A DNA stretch of 64,000 bases from Eledone cirrhosa (taxonomy: Eukaryota): the NCBI GenBank assembly GCA_964016885.1, contig OZ024743.1:52018001-52082000 (forward strand). The letters are read 5' to 3'. Both the position numbers and the translations under genes were made by a program. Of this stretch, positions 12,821 through 24,800 are shown piece by piece. A model generated the notes under the pieces. The model worked only from the letters and a program-made list of their open reading frames with translations. It did not search any database and was not told where the DNA came from. Every line of letters starts with the position of its first letter. Within the stretch, counting starts at the first letter, position 1.

Positions 12821-15800
12821 GTGAGTTAACCTTTCATCTTTATACTTAGGAACTTTCTGAGAACTTTTGCATTTTTTAACCCTTTTAATATCGAACCACC
12901 TTAAATCACACTTTCTTCTATGATACAGAGTTGTTTAGGTTATATTGTTTGTATTTATCTTAAAACCTGTGGGGCTAAGGTGCCAATGATGTCATAATCG
13001 GAAGTGCGCGCAGTCTTTTGGCCTCTCTTTCATCAGGAAGCTGTACCGTAATGTTGGCTGCAGAAGTCTCAAGCCACTTAGGAAGGTTTGGGTTAACCAC
13101 GAAACTGCCAGAGGAAATGGAAAGAGGAGCCACACTGGGACTCAGGCTGTAAAGAGACAAGATGGGCAAATTGGTATTTCGGAGGGGAAATGAAGTCCCA
13201 GAACTGAGCACTGGCATGGACAGACAAGAACCTTTTTCAATGTGTGGGAAACTGGTGGGCCACTATCGAATCACGTCAAAAGACAAGCAGACGGGTTGAG
13301 CTGGAGAAATAGAGTGGGAGAGAGGACTGTGGCCATGATGCAAGAGAGGGTAACGGCAGAGGACCCAGCTTTATCAACCGTGCAAATGTGGGCAGCTGAA
13401 TTTAGGAGGAGAAAGGAGAGTCTTGAAGATGACCCAAGGTCTGGATGTCTTGTAACTGCCACCATCATGGTAAAACATTGATCATGTTCACCACAAGGTA
13501 ATGGATGACAGGCAATTGACTCTAAATCAAATAACCAATGCTCTTAGCATATCACATGAGAGAGTTGAGAATATTCTACATAATGAACTTGACATAAATG
13601 TTTCTACTCAGTGGGTGCCATATCTTTTGATACCTGATCAAAAACACAGCTGGCTGATCACATCATGGGGAAATCTGATATTGTTTGAGGCAGATCCAGC
13701 TGGTTTCCTTGAATGTTTCCTAACCCAGGATGAGTGTTGTGTACACCTCTTTGAGCCAGAGACAATCCATACAGTGAAAACACCCCTCCTCACCTGCTCC
13801 AAAGAAGGCCATGGCCTTAGTTGTTTTGGCTTGTAAAAAGCATTGTTTATTGACTCTTCTCAAAAGGACCACACCATCAATGGACCAACTTGCTGGCAGT
13901 TACGAAAGGCTATCGAGACCAAATGCCAAAAAAATTGACGAAAGGAGTCTTATTTCATGAGGACAAAGCTCCAGCACACAAGTCCTTGGTTTCAATGGCT
14001 GCTGTGTGTGACTGTGGTTTTTAACTGGTTGATCACCCTCCCTATTCTCCTGATTTGGCCCCATCTGACTATGATCTGTTCCCCAACATGAGAAAACTTT
14101 AGAGTGGGAACCAGTACCACAGTGATGACGTCATATCTGCTATTGATGACTTTTTTTACCAACAGGATGAAAGCTTCTTCACCAATGAGATCCCAGCACT
14201 GCAACACTGATGGAAGAAGTGTTGCAGTGTAAGGGGGACTATGTTGAAAAATAAACCTCATTAGGTCACATTCCATGAGAGTCTTGGTCAGCCTATGAAC
14301 TTTTCAGCTGACCCTAGTATATGTTGTTCCTCAGTCGTTTCTGACAATGAATGTTCCAGTTGATTCAATCAACAGAACTGACTGCTCATAAAATTAATAT
14401 GTAAGTGCCTGAGCATTCCACAAACGTATACACCTTAAATGTAGTTGTCAGGGAGATTCAGCATGATGTGTGACAAAGCTGGCCACTTGAATTACAGGTA
14501 TAACACATTTTGGACTGCTGAGTAGACTTGAGCAACATAATGTCTTGCTCAAGGACCCAGCGTACCACCTCGACAACATTACAGCTATGAACTGAACACC
14601 CTAACCACAAAGCCATATACCTTCACACACCCACATCTCGGTGGGAGGTATTAGAGATGGAGATCGTGAAATACATGTAGGGTGTCCTATTAATCTTGTC
14701 TAACCCATGCTAGCGTGGAAAAATGGATGTAAAACGGTGATGATATTTCTTCTTTGTCCACATATTCCTGCGTGGGTTGTGAGGCCACCCTCAGACATAG
14801 CACACCTTCCAGAGAGTCCTGTCAGAAGCTTCTAATACGAACTTAAACCTAGTCAGTGGCACCTCATAACCCAACCCCATGTAAAGTGGTTTTGTAGGTG
14901 ACACGACAAAAAGCACCCAGTCCACACTGTAAATGTGGCTGGTGTTAGGAAGGGCATCCAGCTGTAAAATATCCAGCTAAATTTTGAGTCCTCGTTGGAG
15001 CAAAGTGTGACACATGGCCAATCCTGGCCCGGTGTGGACGACCCGTCAAACAGTAATGATGATGATGATATATGTACATATCTATGTACGTGTGTGTGTA
15101 CGCACGCACACACACGGATATGTGGTTTTTATTTTCTCTTAAATATTTGAAATTCCTGTTCTTTACTTTTGGGATTCTAGTTTTGTTTTCTTCATGTATG
15201 AGAACATTGTTGTTTACGTCTATATTTAGTGTGGTGGTAGGAAGGTAATTCTTTACACTAATTACTCAAATGTAATGATGGTTTATGTTACAGGTGAAAG
15301 ATAATGTGGAGAAGGTGTTCTGTAATTTCATCAGTGATGGTAAAACTACCATTAGGTTTAAAGACCCTCAGGTAGATCTACATATTAGTAAGGTGAGTCT
15401 ATTACTACACTCTAGGTTTAACATTTGCCAAGAGCCATGGCTTGCTTTACATATATTTTAATTTTGGCATGTCTTCTACAGCTCTATAAAGTGATTAGTG
15501 TTATGGGGCACATAGTGTACTGGCTGCATTTGATCATGACACTAGAAAGGTTGTCATGTCCTCAGTATGACTAACAAGCTTTCTCTACCTTCTTTTATTG
15601 GTACATTTTATCTGTTCATTTATGTAGGTTGGACAGGCTGCCCTCTCCAACACAGCACCTTGCATTTCTGTGAGGCTCAGCATCCTGAGGTCATCTTTCA
15701 CATCTGCTTATATATTTCTTGGTCAACCCTCTTCCACAAGGATCTCCTAGTACTTTTTTTTATCCAACTCCTGTATGCAATATTCTAGTACATATAAAAA

Positions 15801-17152
15801 AAAAAACAACCATAAAAAGATGTTAGCCTGCTACTTCAAATATGACAACCTGTCCAACTAATGCCAGGATGTTTGTTTTCCATCTCAGGAGGGAAAAAAA
15901 AAAAATACAGCTCATACTTATGTAGGTTGAGGTAACTCATAAGAGCCCCTTTCCTATCCTGAAAAGCACTGAAATAAAGCATTTTGCTCAAGAATATATG
16001 CTGCCCAGTTCAAAAATCAAATCCATGACATTAAGTCCAACACCCTTCTGATGTTTTAACCTAATCAATGTTTATTACTATTCCAGGCAGATTCAATTCA
16101 GTTGAAAAGCTTCCTGACTGTGTTAAAAGCCAGTTTAAAGGGTGACTGTATCCAACAAAGACCCAACTTCTCTACACTGTCTGCCATCACACCAAAACAA
16201 ATTGAAAACAGTAAGAAGAAGCTGACCATATTAAAACGACAAGATTATCCTCTCTTGAAAGGTTTTCCATCTTCTCTGGTCAGTTTGAAGATAATTGCTT
16301 GTCACATCAAGAAATTAGACTCCAGGATACTATCGTTGAAATACCTCCAACATCTCAACTTATCAAGCAATGTCTTGCAGGTACTCCCTGATTCTATCAG
16401 GTGTCTTCACCTAACTGACTTGATCCTCAAGGGGAACCAGTTTACTGATTTTCCTCCAGTTCTGCTGGAATCTCCTCTCTGTGATAATCTGACTATGCTA
16501 GACTTCACTGACAATCAACTTCAAAGACTCCCCTCACACATCGACAATCTGAAGAAATTACAAAATCTGAATGTGTCACACAACCAACTGAAACAACTAC
16601 CTATCAGTGTAGGAAACCTCTCTAGTCTACAGAATTTACACATCTCTAACAACCAACTGCCCTTATTACCAGCCAATTTCACAAAATTACGCCTTAACGA
16701 GCTTGATTTGTCACACAATTGTTTTTCTACGACACCTCATCATATTCTCCGACGGTGTCTACAACTTCCGTCATTGCACTCCATTTGTGTCAAATTCATC
16801 ATAAATAACAGGTAAGTCTTTTATGCACATAGTTTTCACAATCTTGTACAAGTGGGATGGTTTTGGAAGATAGGTTGGTTTAATTTTTTAACATTATTTT
16901 TACTGCCAGATAATACCATCAATTTTCTGTTTCAGGGTTCCTTACTGTGAAACTATGTACAGAGATCTCCACCAACAGGTTCTCTACCATAAACGATGCT
17001 GGTGTGGTCAAGTGATAGTGTCAATGTTTATTCATTGTATCTGTCATACTAATATATCCTTCATGGTAGCTTCATTACTTTCAACATCAGAGAAAACCTT
17101 TCCTGTTGAAGCATATTTCTGTTCACAGAAATGTTTTGATCGTTTCACATAA
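12638..17152 (+). CDS. LRR1: Leucine-rich repeat protein 1 (LRR1/PPIL5), CUL2-ElonginBC substrate receptor; spliced CDS join(12638..12820,15294..15392,16087..16811,16936..17152), 407 aa
   Basis: The four exons have GT-AG boundaries and consistent phases (0,0,2), totalling 1224 nt. The N-terminus MRLQCDMEVINRCLP...KDKTGTKFV|VKDNVEKVFCNFISDGKTTIRFKDPQVDLHISK resembles the recalled LRR1 PH-like domain. LRRs follow, then BC-box-like LPSLHSIC and C-terminal CWCG...YFCSQKC. An AG at 12630-12631 implies an unlocated upstream non-coding exon. Confidence 0.92.
13345..14317 (+). mobile_element. Decayed mariner (Tc1/mariner) transposon lacking its 5' end; right TIR followed by TA
   Basis: WAAEFRR..SLEDDPRSG, WVPYLL, LTQDE, DKAPAH, HPPYSPDLAPSDYDLFP; TIR gtcagcctatgaacttttcagctgaccctag|ta. 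Confidence 0.88.
15294..15392 (+). CDS. LRR1: LRR1 coding exon 2
   Basis: cag|VKDNVEKVF...LHISK|gtgagt, 99 nt; absent from the ORF track. Confidence 0.88.
16087..16811 (+). CDS. LRR1: LRR1 coding exon 3 (LRR array)
   Basis: ttccag|ADSIQLKSF...; LxxLxLSxNxL repeats; donor gtaagt at 16812. Confidence 0.92.
16936..17152 (+). CDS. LRR1: LRR1 last coding exon
   Basis: tttcag|(R)VPYCETMY...CSQKCFDRFT*; AATAAA at 17304. Confidence 0.85.
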
Positions 17153-20100
17153 TTTCAAAGACAGCAGTGAACATATGGCTCTCTTTCTCAAACATTGACA
17201 TTATGCGATATATCTCAGTCATCGTTAATATAAAATTATTCTGATACAATATTGCTTTCTAACCTTTGACTACCAAAGACCTCCTCCACTTTCCTTTTAC
17301 TGAAATAAATCACTCTTCTAAATTGCTTTATAGTGACAATATCAAAATAATAGTGCTGGGTCTCTTATTATTAAGGCTGCCCCAAAAGCTAAAATTGTAG
17401 CAATTTAGAGAATGGCTGGCTGGCTACCGAATAGTGTGTGTATTTTGTTTTTTACTGAATATTTAAACTTACGTGAGACCCATTGTTTCACACCAGCATT
17501 TTGGCAGTTTATCTAGTACAGGACTAACATCTACTGACCTCCAGATCAATAGAGGGAATCAAATTGTTTTGGGAACACCAACTATTTCTAGGGGTTCCAT
17601 AAATTTATAATTGGAAATAAAGGCAAGATTTTTGTTACTCACCTATCTACTGTTAAATCCCACCATTTGTAGTAACTATTCAACAATTTCTATAGCTTAA
17701 ATATTTTACAAAACTGCCTGTAATCACCATACAGCTGTACTTCTTCACAAAATCTGTCTCAAGCCTCAATGGCTGTGAAGGGGGGTTACAGGAGTATTTA
17801 AATGGAACACTTTATAATTTAAGATGAAAGGTAGGGGAGTCAAGTATTTTTTAGCTTGTTTGTTACTTTTCACTGCCTATGGGTGGTAGTTTCAACCCTT
17901 ATAGCACTGCCAGACTCAGCACCAAGCTAAAAATATTCTTACAATTGACCTACGCTGCAGCTTATTTTATCTTCCTCAACCAACATTGTATTTTTTTTTT
18001 AAAGAATGTATGCTGTAAACTTTAATCCTTTTAATACCAAACTACATCTGGTTCTATGATGAAAAGCTATTTTAAAGTTTTTATATTTATCTAAAAAAAA
18101 CTTCCATTATAATTTTATATCAGAACCTTTGTTAAGCTATGTCCAGGACACCAGCTTAATATTGAGAAAGTTACAGTACTTATTTTCATAATTATTTAAT
18201 TTATGGTAAAAGGTTAGTGTTTCTCTTTATCCCCAAACCTTCCATCATAATTTTATCTAAGAAACTTTGTTCCAAATACCAGCTTAATAATGGAAAAGTT
18301 ATATTACTAAATCTCTAAATTTTTATTATTTTGCTATTTGAAAAATCATTGACTGTCTTTCGTTAGAAATACAGCAATGAAAGGGTTAATTAACCCTTTA
18401 GCATTCACATTATTTTATTTATATTATTATATTTTCGTCGTAAAGGCTTTAATTATCTCGCATATCAAATCTATGAGATTTTGAGAACAATACCTTAACA
18501 TGAGTTTGAGCGACCAGTTACAGCCACTTTCAACAGAAAGTGACCGGTTTGAACACTAAAGGGTTAAGAAACAAGTGTCATTGGCAACTCTCCCCAAGTC
18601 GAGTATGTGTTAAGCACGATGCCCTCAATAAATCCATACATAGTACATCAACTTTCAGTTGACAAGTGAAACCAATCTATTTTACTTTACGGAAGGGGCA
18701 TGTATGACAACCTAAGTCTTCCTGAGGGCAGGGCACACAGATTCTATCCCACATATTACTGCTACAGCCAAAGATGAGGAGGAAGAAAAGTTTATATTTC
18801 ACAGAATCCAAAGAAGAAAGCCATCAACAAAACTGATTTAATTTGCTTTAAATGTCCAAGTACAATTGTTAAACTGGGTGGTCGTGTTTGTAACGCATTA
18901 AACAAGGGGAGGTAATTCCTGCACAATTACATCAAGTCAGATACGGCCACCTTTTTATATAGCATACCATCAGCCAGTGTAAGCTAATGCAAGTATGATA
19001 CATGGTTATATATATTTATAAATAAACACGTGTAACAAGCCAGTTGACCTAAACTGGAGGAGAGAGAATGTGGAGGGTCTTCAACACTGATTGAAAGAAA
19101 AGTGAAAACATTCACATCATATTACAAGTCATGCTGGAGCACCACCTTAATTTAGTTGATAACCCAGTATCTTGTAGAACTGCTAAGTTACAGGACATAA
19201 AGACATATGCATGACATGGTTCTGCTGTCTGCAGCAACCAGTTTCACTCACAAGGCTCTATTAGAATACACTTAACCAAGGTACCACACACGGACTGAAC
19301 TACTGAGTCATGCCTGTATGTATATATATATATATATGCTTGCTTTATGGGTTTGTGTGATAAACACATTCAACATGCATTGAATTAGGAAACATATGCA
19401 CACACAAAATCTGGCTTTAAGCTGTGCCAGAAAGTTGTACAACTGACTTCCTATAGTAGTAAAACTGTTGAAACTGGAGCAAGAGAATTTAAGATGTTAG
19501 GATCAGTAGGTAGAGGGGGTGTATGAAAAATGTCAATTATAAAGCTAACTCCCAATACTATACAGGGCTACAATAACTTATAGGAATATTAAACCTTACA
19601 GCTGTAAAATAACATCTTAAACAACCAAATGTAAAGAAATTAAGATTTGAAAATCTCTACCTAAACTGTGTGACCTCCTTACCATTAATTATTGGAGTTA
19701 TTTCCCTTGACTAATATCACTAGATCCTTCCCCCCCCCCCCACGTCTGTGGGAGTGGATTAATCTTTTCTTGACTATTTCTAATGAAATAACTAAACAAA
19801 TTGAAGTATTTCTTTACTAAAATAGTAACTTATATGGTTCTTATATAAAATTGTTGGAAGATTTTAATTTAAATAGGAACGCCTATAAAATGGTTGGTAA
19901 CAAATTGGTTAGATAGAAAGTTAATCCCTGTTACATTTAAATATAGTAATTACATTTTAACCCCTCCACATGTGAACATGAAAGCCGAGAGGAAGGATGG
20001 GAGGATCTGAGTGAAGAAGTGGCTACTGAATGTATTTCAACTGTATTAAAGAGGGTTTTTAATTTTAGTGAGGCAGGGAGTAGTGCCTATGACCCTTTTC

Positions 20101-21257
20101 AGGGACTCCAAAACTGCTGGGAGAGAGGGAAGGATAGTGTCTTCACACTAAAGACCTGCTCTGAATGCTTGCAACAGAGTGGACTCTGCCACGGACACTC
20201 TATCGGTGTGGATTTTGGTAATTAAGTCTATCACCCATGTAGGCCACAGTGAGATTTGAACTCAGAACACAGGGTTGGAACAAATACCACAAGGCATCTA
20301 ATCCAATGCTTTAACAATTCTGCCAATCACTGCACCCATAATTCTCTCATACGAATAACATTAGGCCTTTATAAAGTATCTTTTCTTTTCTTTTTAATTT
20401 AATAATGGTTTCTATTTTAGACACAATGCCAGCAATTTCAGGGTAGGGGAATTCAATTACATCTATCCCAGTATATAACTGGTACTTTATTTTAATCAAC
20501 CCACCCACCAACGATGAAAGGCAATGTGGACACTGGCTTTTAAAATACAATGTATTTTGTTTGGTGCTCTACCAATTATGCCATAATAAAAACAATTTTT
20601 CTTTGAACAGATTTGAGACAGCCATGACTTGGCAAAGGACAATAATTAATAATGTTTCTAAGTTGGGCATAAGGCCAGCAATTTAGAGTAAGGGTGCATC
20701 AACCCTAACACTGGTATCGACCCTGGAAGGATGAAGGGTAAAGTTGACCTCAGAAGGATTTCAACAAAGTAAATATAGGAACAAATACAAAGTATTTTGT
20801 CCACCACTAATGATTTTGTCAACCCACTGCCTTCATAACAATAATATTGGTTTCCAATTTAGGCACAAGCCCAACATTTTTTGGGAAAAGGGGAAAGTCG
20901 ATTATACTGACCCTGGTGGTTTACTGGTACTTAATCAAATAAGTATAATAAAAAAGGGGGGTATCATTCCTATTGTCCACTTCTACCCCCGTAACACTGT
21001 CTTATACCTCCAGAAGGGGAAACATTCATGTGGTGGCCACATTTAATGCTTTCAACTGTTGGTAGCACTTAAAAAATGAAAACCACATGCAATAGTGTGT
21101 AGGGGAGTAAAGATGAGTTGTTTTTTGGTGTTTGAAATAACTGGGAACTGGACAGATAAACAGCACGGTTGCAGTTGCTGCACTAATAGTAACAAAAAGA
21201 GAACAACTGAAATTTTATCTGCTCCAAACTTTTAGTATTTTCTTTCATGTTGTCCAC

Positions 21258-21298
<41 letters not shown>

Positions 21299-21574
21299 TC
21301 TCTCTCTATCCCTGCCCCCCATTTCTGGAGCAGTCCAGGTATTCCTGTCTTTAATTTAGATTGAAAATATCTTCATTGCCACACAAAGTTGAAGAATTCA
21401 CCACCAGCATCACTAGTGCCACCATCACCATTATAACCCAAGATGGTTATTGTTTTGGTTTGTTTATTTTCCAGAGGGCATTCATAAAGCAGCCCTTCAA
21501 AAACCCACACAAGGTGTCGGTGTGTTACACAAGGTGTTGCTATGTTACACAAGTTTTTGGTGTGTTATTCACTG

Positions 21575-21811
21575 TCAGCAATCAATACTGTTAGGCCCAA
21601 AAGGTAGAGATTCAAGGACTGATATAGGGTCAGTGATGTCCAGATTTATTGGCTCCACTTGGGTAGGCCCTTCTTCAACATCGAGTTCTGTGTAACTTTT
21701 GCTGTGGGAAAATTCAGGCTTAGTTTCCTCCGGTATGTCTGCTACTTCTCCTTCCATTCCAGACGGTGGATCCATTTTAGAAAACTCCTCTCTTAAATGA
21801 TTATAATGTCT
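21575..21811 (-). CDS. BIRC6: BIRC6 last coding exon
   Basis: ttccag|[13 protein letters not shown]...NSIDC*. Confidence 0.88.
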   Translation of the reverse strand, partial: RHYNHLREEFSKMDPPSGMEGEVADIPEETKPEFSHSKSYTELDVEEGPTQVEPINLDITDPISVLESLPFGPNSIDC

Positions 21812-24800
21812 CTGGAAATATAATAAATCACAGTTAGACACAACATTGGTAATACATGGCAGGAGGGGGGGGGGGGGGGGCTATATCACACACATGTTCT
21901 TCCATGCTAGATAAGTCATCACAAACCAAGTTAGTACTTTATTGAAGCAATTATTCTCCTAAGCTATGTCTTGTTTGTATATATTCTAGTTTTGGTATGG
22001 TTTTTACATTCTGTCACCAACCAGTTTACAGAGTGTACTGAGAGCATTTTATCATGGTGCCAGCTCTAGTGAGGTTATGTCCATGACAGGACTGAAAAGT
22101 TCTCTATTTCAAAATATTTTATATTGAGTGTGCTGTTTATAAACAGTATATTTATGTTCACCAATTTTTCGTGTTGACAGACTTATTTAAAAGGTATTCT
22201 ATTGATGGATGTCCTTTCTCATGATAATTCACACTTTATTTTAAAGTAAGGTATATAAACCATAGATCTTTATCAAACTACAGTCCAATGAGGACAAACA
22301 CACAGTCATATATACACACACCACAGGCTTACAGTTTCTGTCTATCAAATTCTCTCAGGTTATAGCAGACACTTGATCAAGGTGTCATGAGCTGGGATAG
22401 CACCCAAAACCCCATAGCTGCAAAACAAACTTCTTAATCACAAGGTCACATCTATACCATAATCCTTTTAATACAACAAAAACATTGTAAAATGGTGGAG
22501 GCAGTTTATAACCAGTGCAAATATTTTATTTTAACTTTAAATTCTAAATAAGTTGCTAAAATATCTGGGGTGATTATTTCACAATGTAACACTGTTTTTC
22601 TATATTTACTATATCATCATTTATGCCTTGAGAACATTCCCAACAAATTATTATTTGAACTTTTTAATATAATATATAAATATATCATCATCATTTCATT
22701 TTACGTCCGCTTTTCCCTGCTTGCAAGGGTGGGACGGGAACTGATTCTGGCTTGATTTCTACAGCTGGATGCCCTTCCTAACACCAACCTCATTTACAGT
22801 GAGTGTTGGGTGCTTTTTTTCCGTGGCGCCTACACGTCCAGTTTACAGTGTGGGCTGGGTGCTTTTTTGCCGTGGCACCTCCATGACCACCTTGCAGTGG
22901 AATGATAGGGACTGGGGTCCCTATCATTTCATTTCTACAGCTGAGTAAACTGGAGCAATGTGAAATAAAGTGTCTGAGAATTGAACTCACAACCTTTCGA
23001 TTGCAAGGCCAATGCACTAACCACTAAGCCATGTGCCTATACAATATATATATTATATATATATAGTGTATAATATATCTATAGAAATAGTGGACACCTT
23101 CCGTTACTTGGGTGACAAAATCAGCAGTGGTGGAGGGTGCTCTGAAAGTACAGTAGCTAGAGTCAGAACGAGATGGAAAAAGTTCAGAGAGCTTATACCA
23201 CTATTAGCCGCTAAAGGGTTCTCTCTAAAAATGAAAGGCAGGCTGTATGATGCCTGCATACGAACAGCAATGTTACATGGCAGTGAGACCTGGGCATTGT
23301 GTGCAGAGGATATACGCAGACTGGAGAGGAACGAAGCTTGCATGCTCCGCTGGATGTGTAATAGTAATATACGTGAACGGCAAAGCATAAACGAACTAAG
23401 GGAAAAATTAGAAATAAGAGGGATCAGATGTTGTTTACTTGAGAGAAGACTCGTTGGTACGGTCACGTGATGCGCATGAAAGACGACAGCTGTATAAAAA
23501 AGTGCAGGGCAATAAAAATAGACGGTAGCCAGACCCAGAAAAACCTGGGACGACCTGATAAATTCCAACCTCACACACCTACACCTCCAAGACAATGTCA
23601 CTGGACATAGGTCTTTGGCGCTACACAGTAATACAGAAGACCCGCCTTACTTAAGTACAAAGTGAAACCTACTACAGTCAGTAGGCACCTCTAACAAAAA
23701 TACACCCCCGTCCCACTACCCCCACCCCTTTCAATGTAAAGTTATGTTGGTACCACAACATCCAGTCCGAAACAAATGAGGTCGTGTAGGTGTCACGACA
23801 AAAAAACACAGTCCACGCTGTAATGTAGCCGTGTAGGTAACACGGTAAAAACCTCTCCCAGTCCACACTGTAAACGTGGTTGGTGTTAGGAAGGGCATCC
23901 AGCCGTAGAAAACCCGCCAGACAGTCCTATGCGAGCAAGACAACCACTCTTGCCTCAAGTGGGAAAACTCCCGTCCAAACCCATGCAAGCGTGGAAGATG
24001 GATGTTAAACGATGATGATGATGCATGCACACATTCCAACTTTTTCTTTCAATCTTGTTTTATTCCTCCCCTTCTACAGTATTCTCTTAGTTGTTCTCTC
24101 TCAACTATTCCCTATTTCAATCTCCCCTAGTCTATTTAATGATCTCCATAATGGTTAAATATATCTCCATTTCTTTGTATTATTTTTAGAATTTTCTCGT
24201 GCTTTTAAGTAAGCATTTCATCCGTTTTATGTAGTGGATTTGTGAAACAAAAACTATAAACGACACTTAAAACATTTAAAATATAAAAATATTCAAACAT
24301 ATTTTCCCCACTCAAGAAAATTTCAAAATAGCACCATAATGTATTGATTAGCTGCGTCAGACATAAAATGGGGTGGGATGGGGGCGCTTATATTCGAGTA
24401 CTTAAGGTAAATAAGAAAGTTTTATTACTAAATACACCCAAATTATTTGAAAATCATAGGCAATGACTTTCATTAGATATATGGCAACAAGAAGATAAAT
24501 ATTGAATATTTACAAAACTATCCAATTATTCCTGCCTACAAAATATCAAGATTAATGTGATGTGTTGGTCAAGATAAAATTCAAAAGAAAAAGACAAGTG
24601 CACTAACTTTCAATGCTAAAGTACTGTGTGCTATATGCCTGCCAGTCCGTTTGTCATGACTGTAAGATTCCATCTCACAGATCCACTGCTCACACTGTGA
24701 CAAGATTTCATGGCGCTTTAACCAAAAATGATTCTGGATCACCTGTTGAACAAAAAATGATAAATTATAAAGGAAAACACCTCCATACTAGGCCAGAAGG

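Noticed and set aside
22975-23038. tRNA gene
   Set aside because: The A/B boxes belong to SINE heads, and I could not build a cloverleaf.
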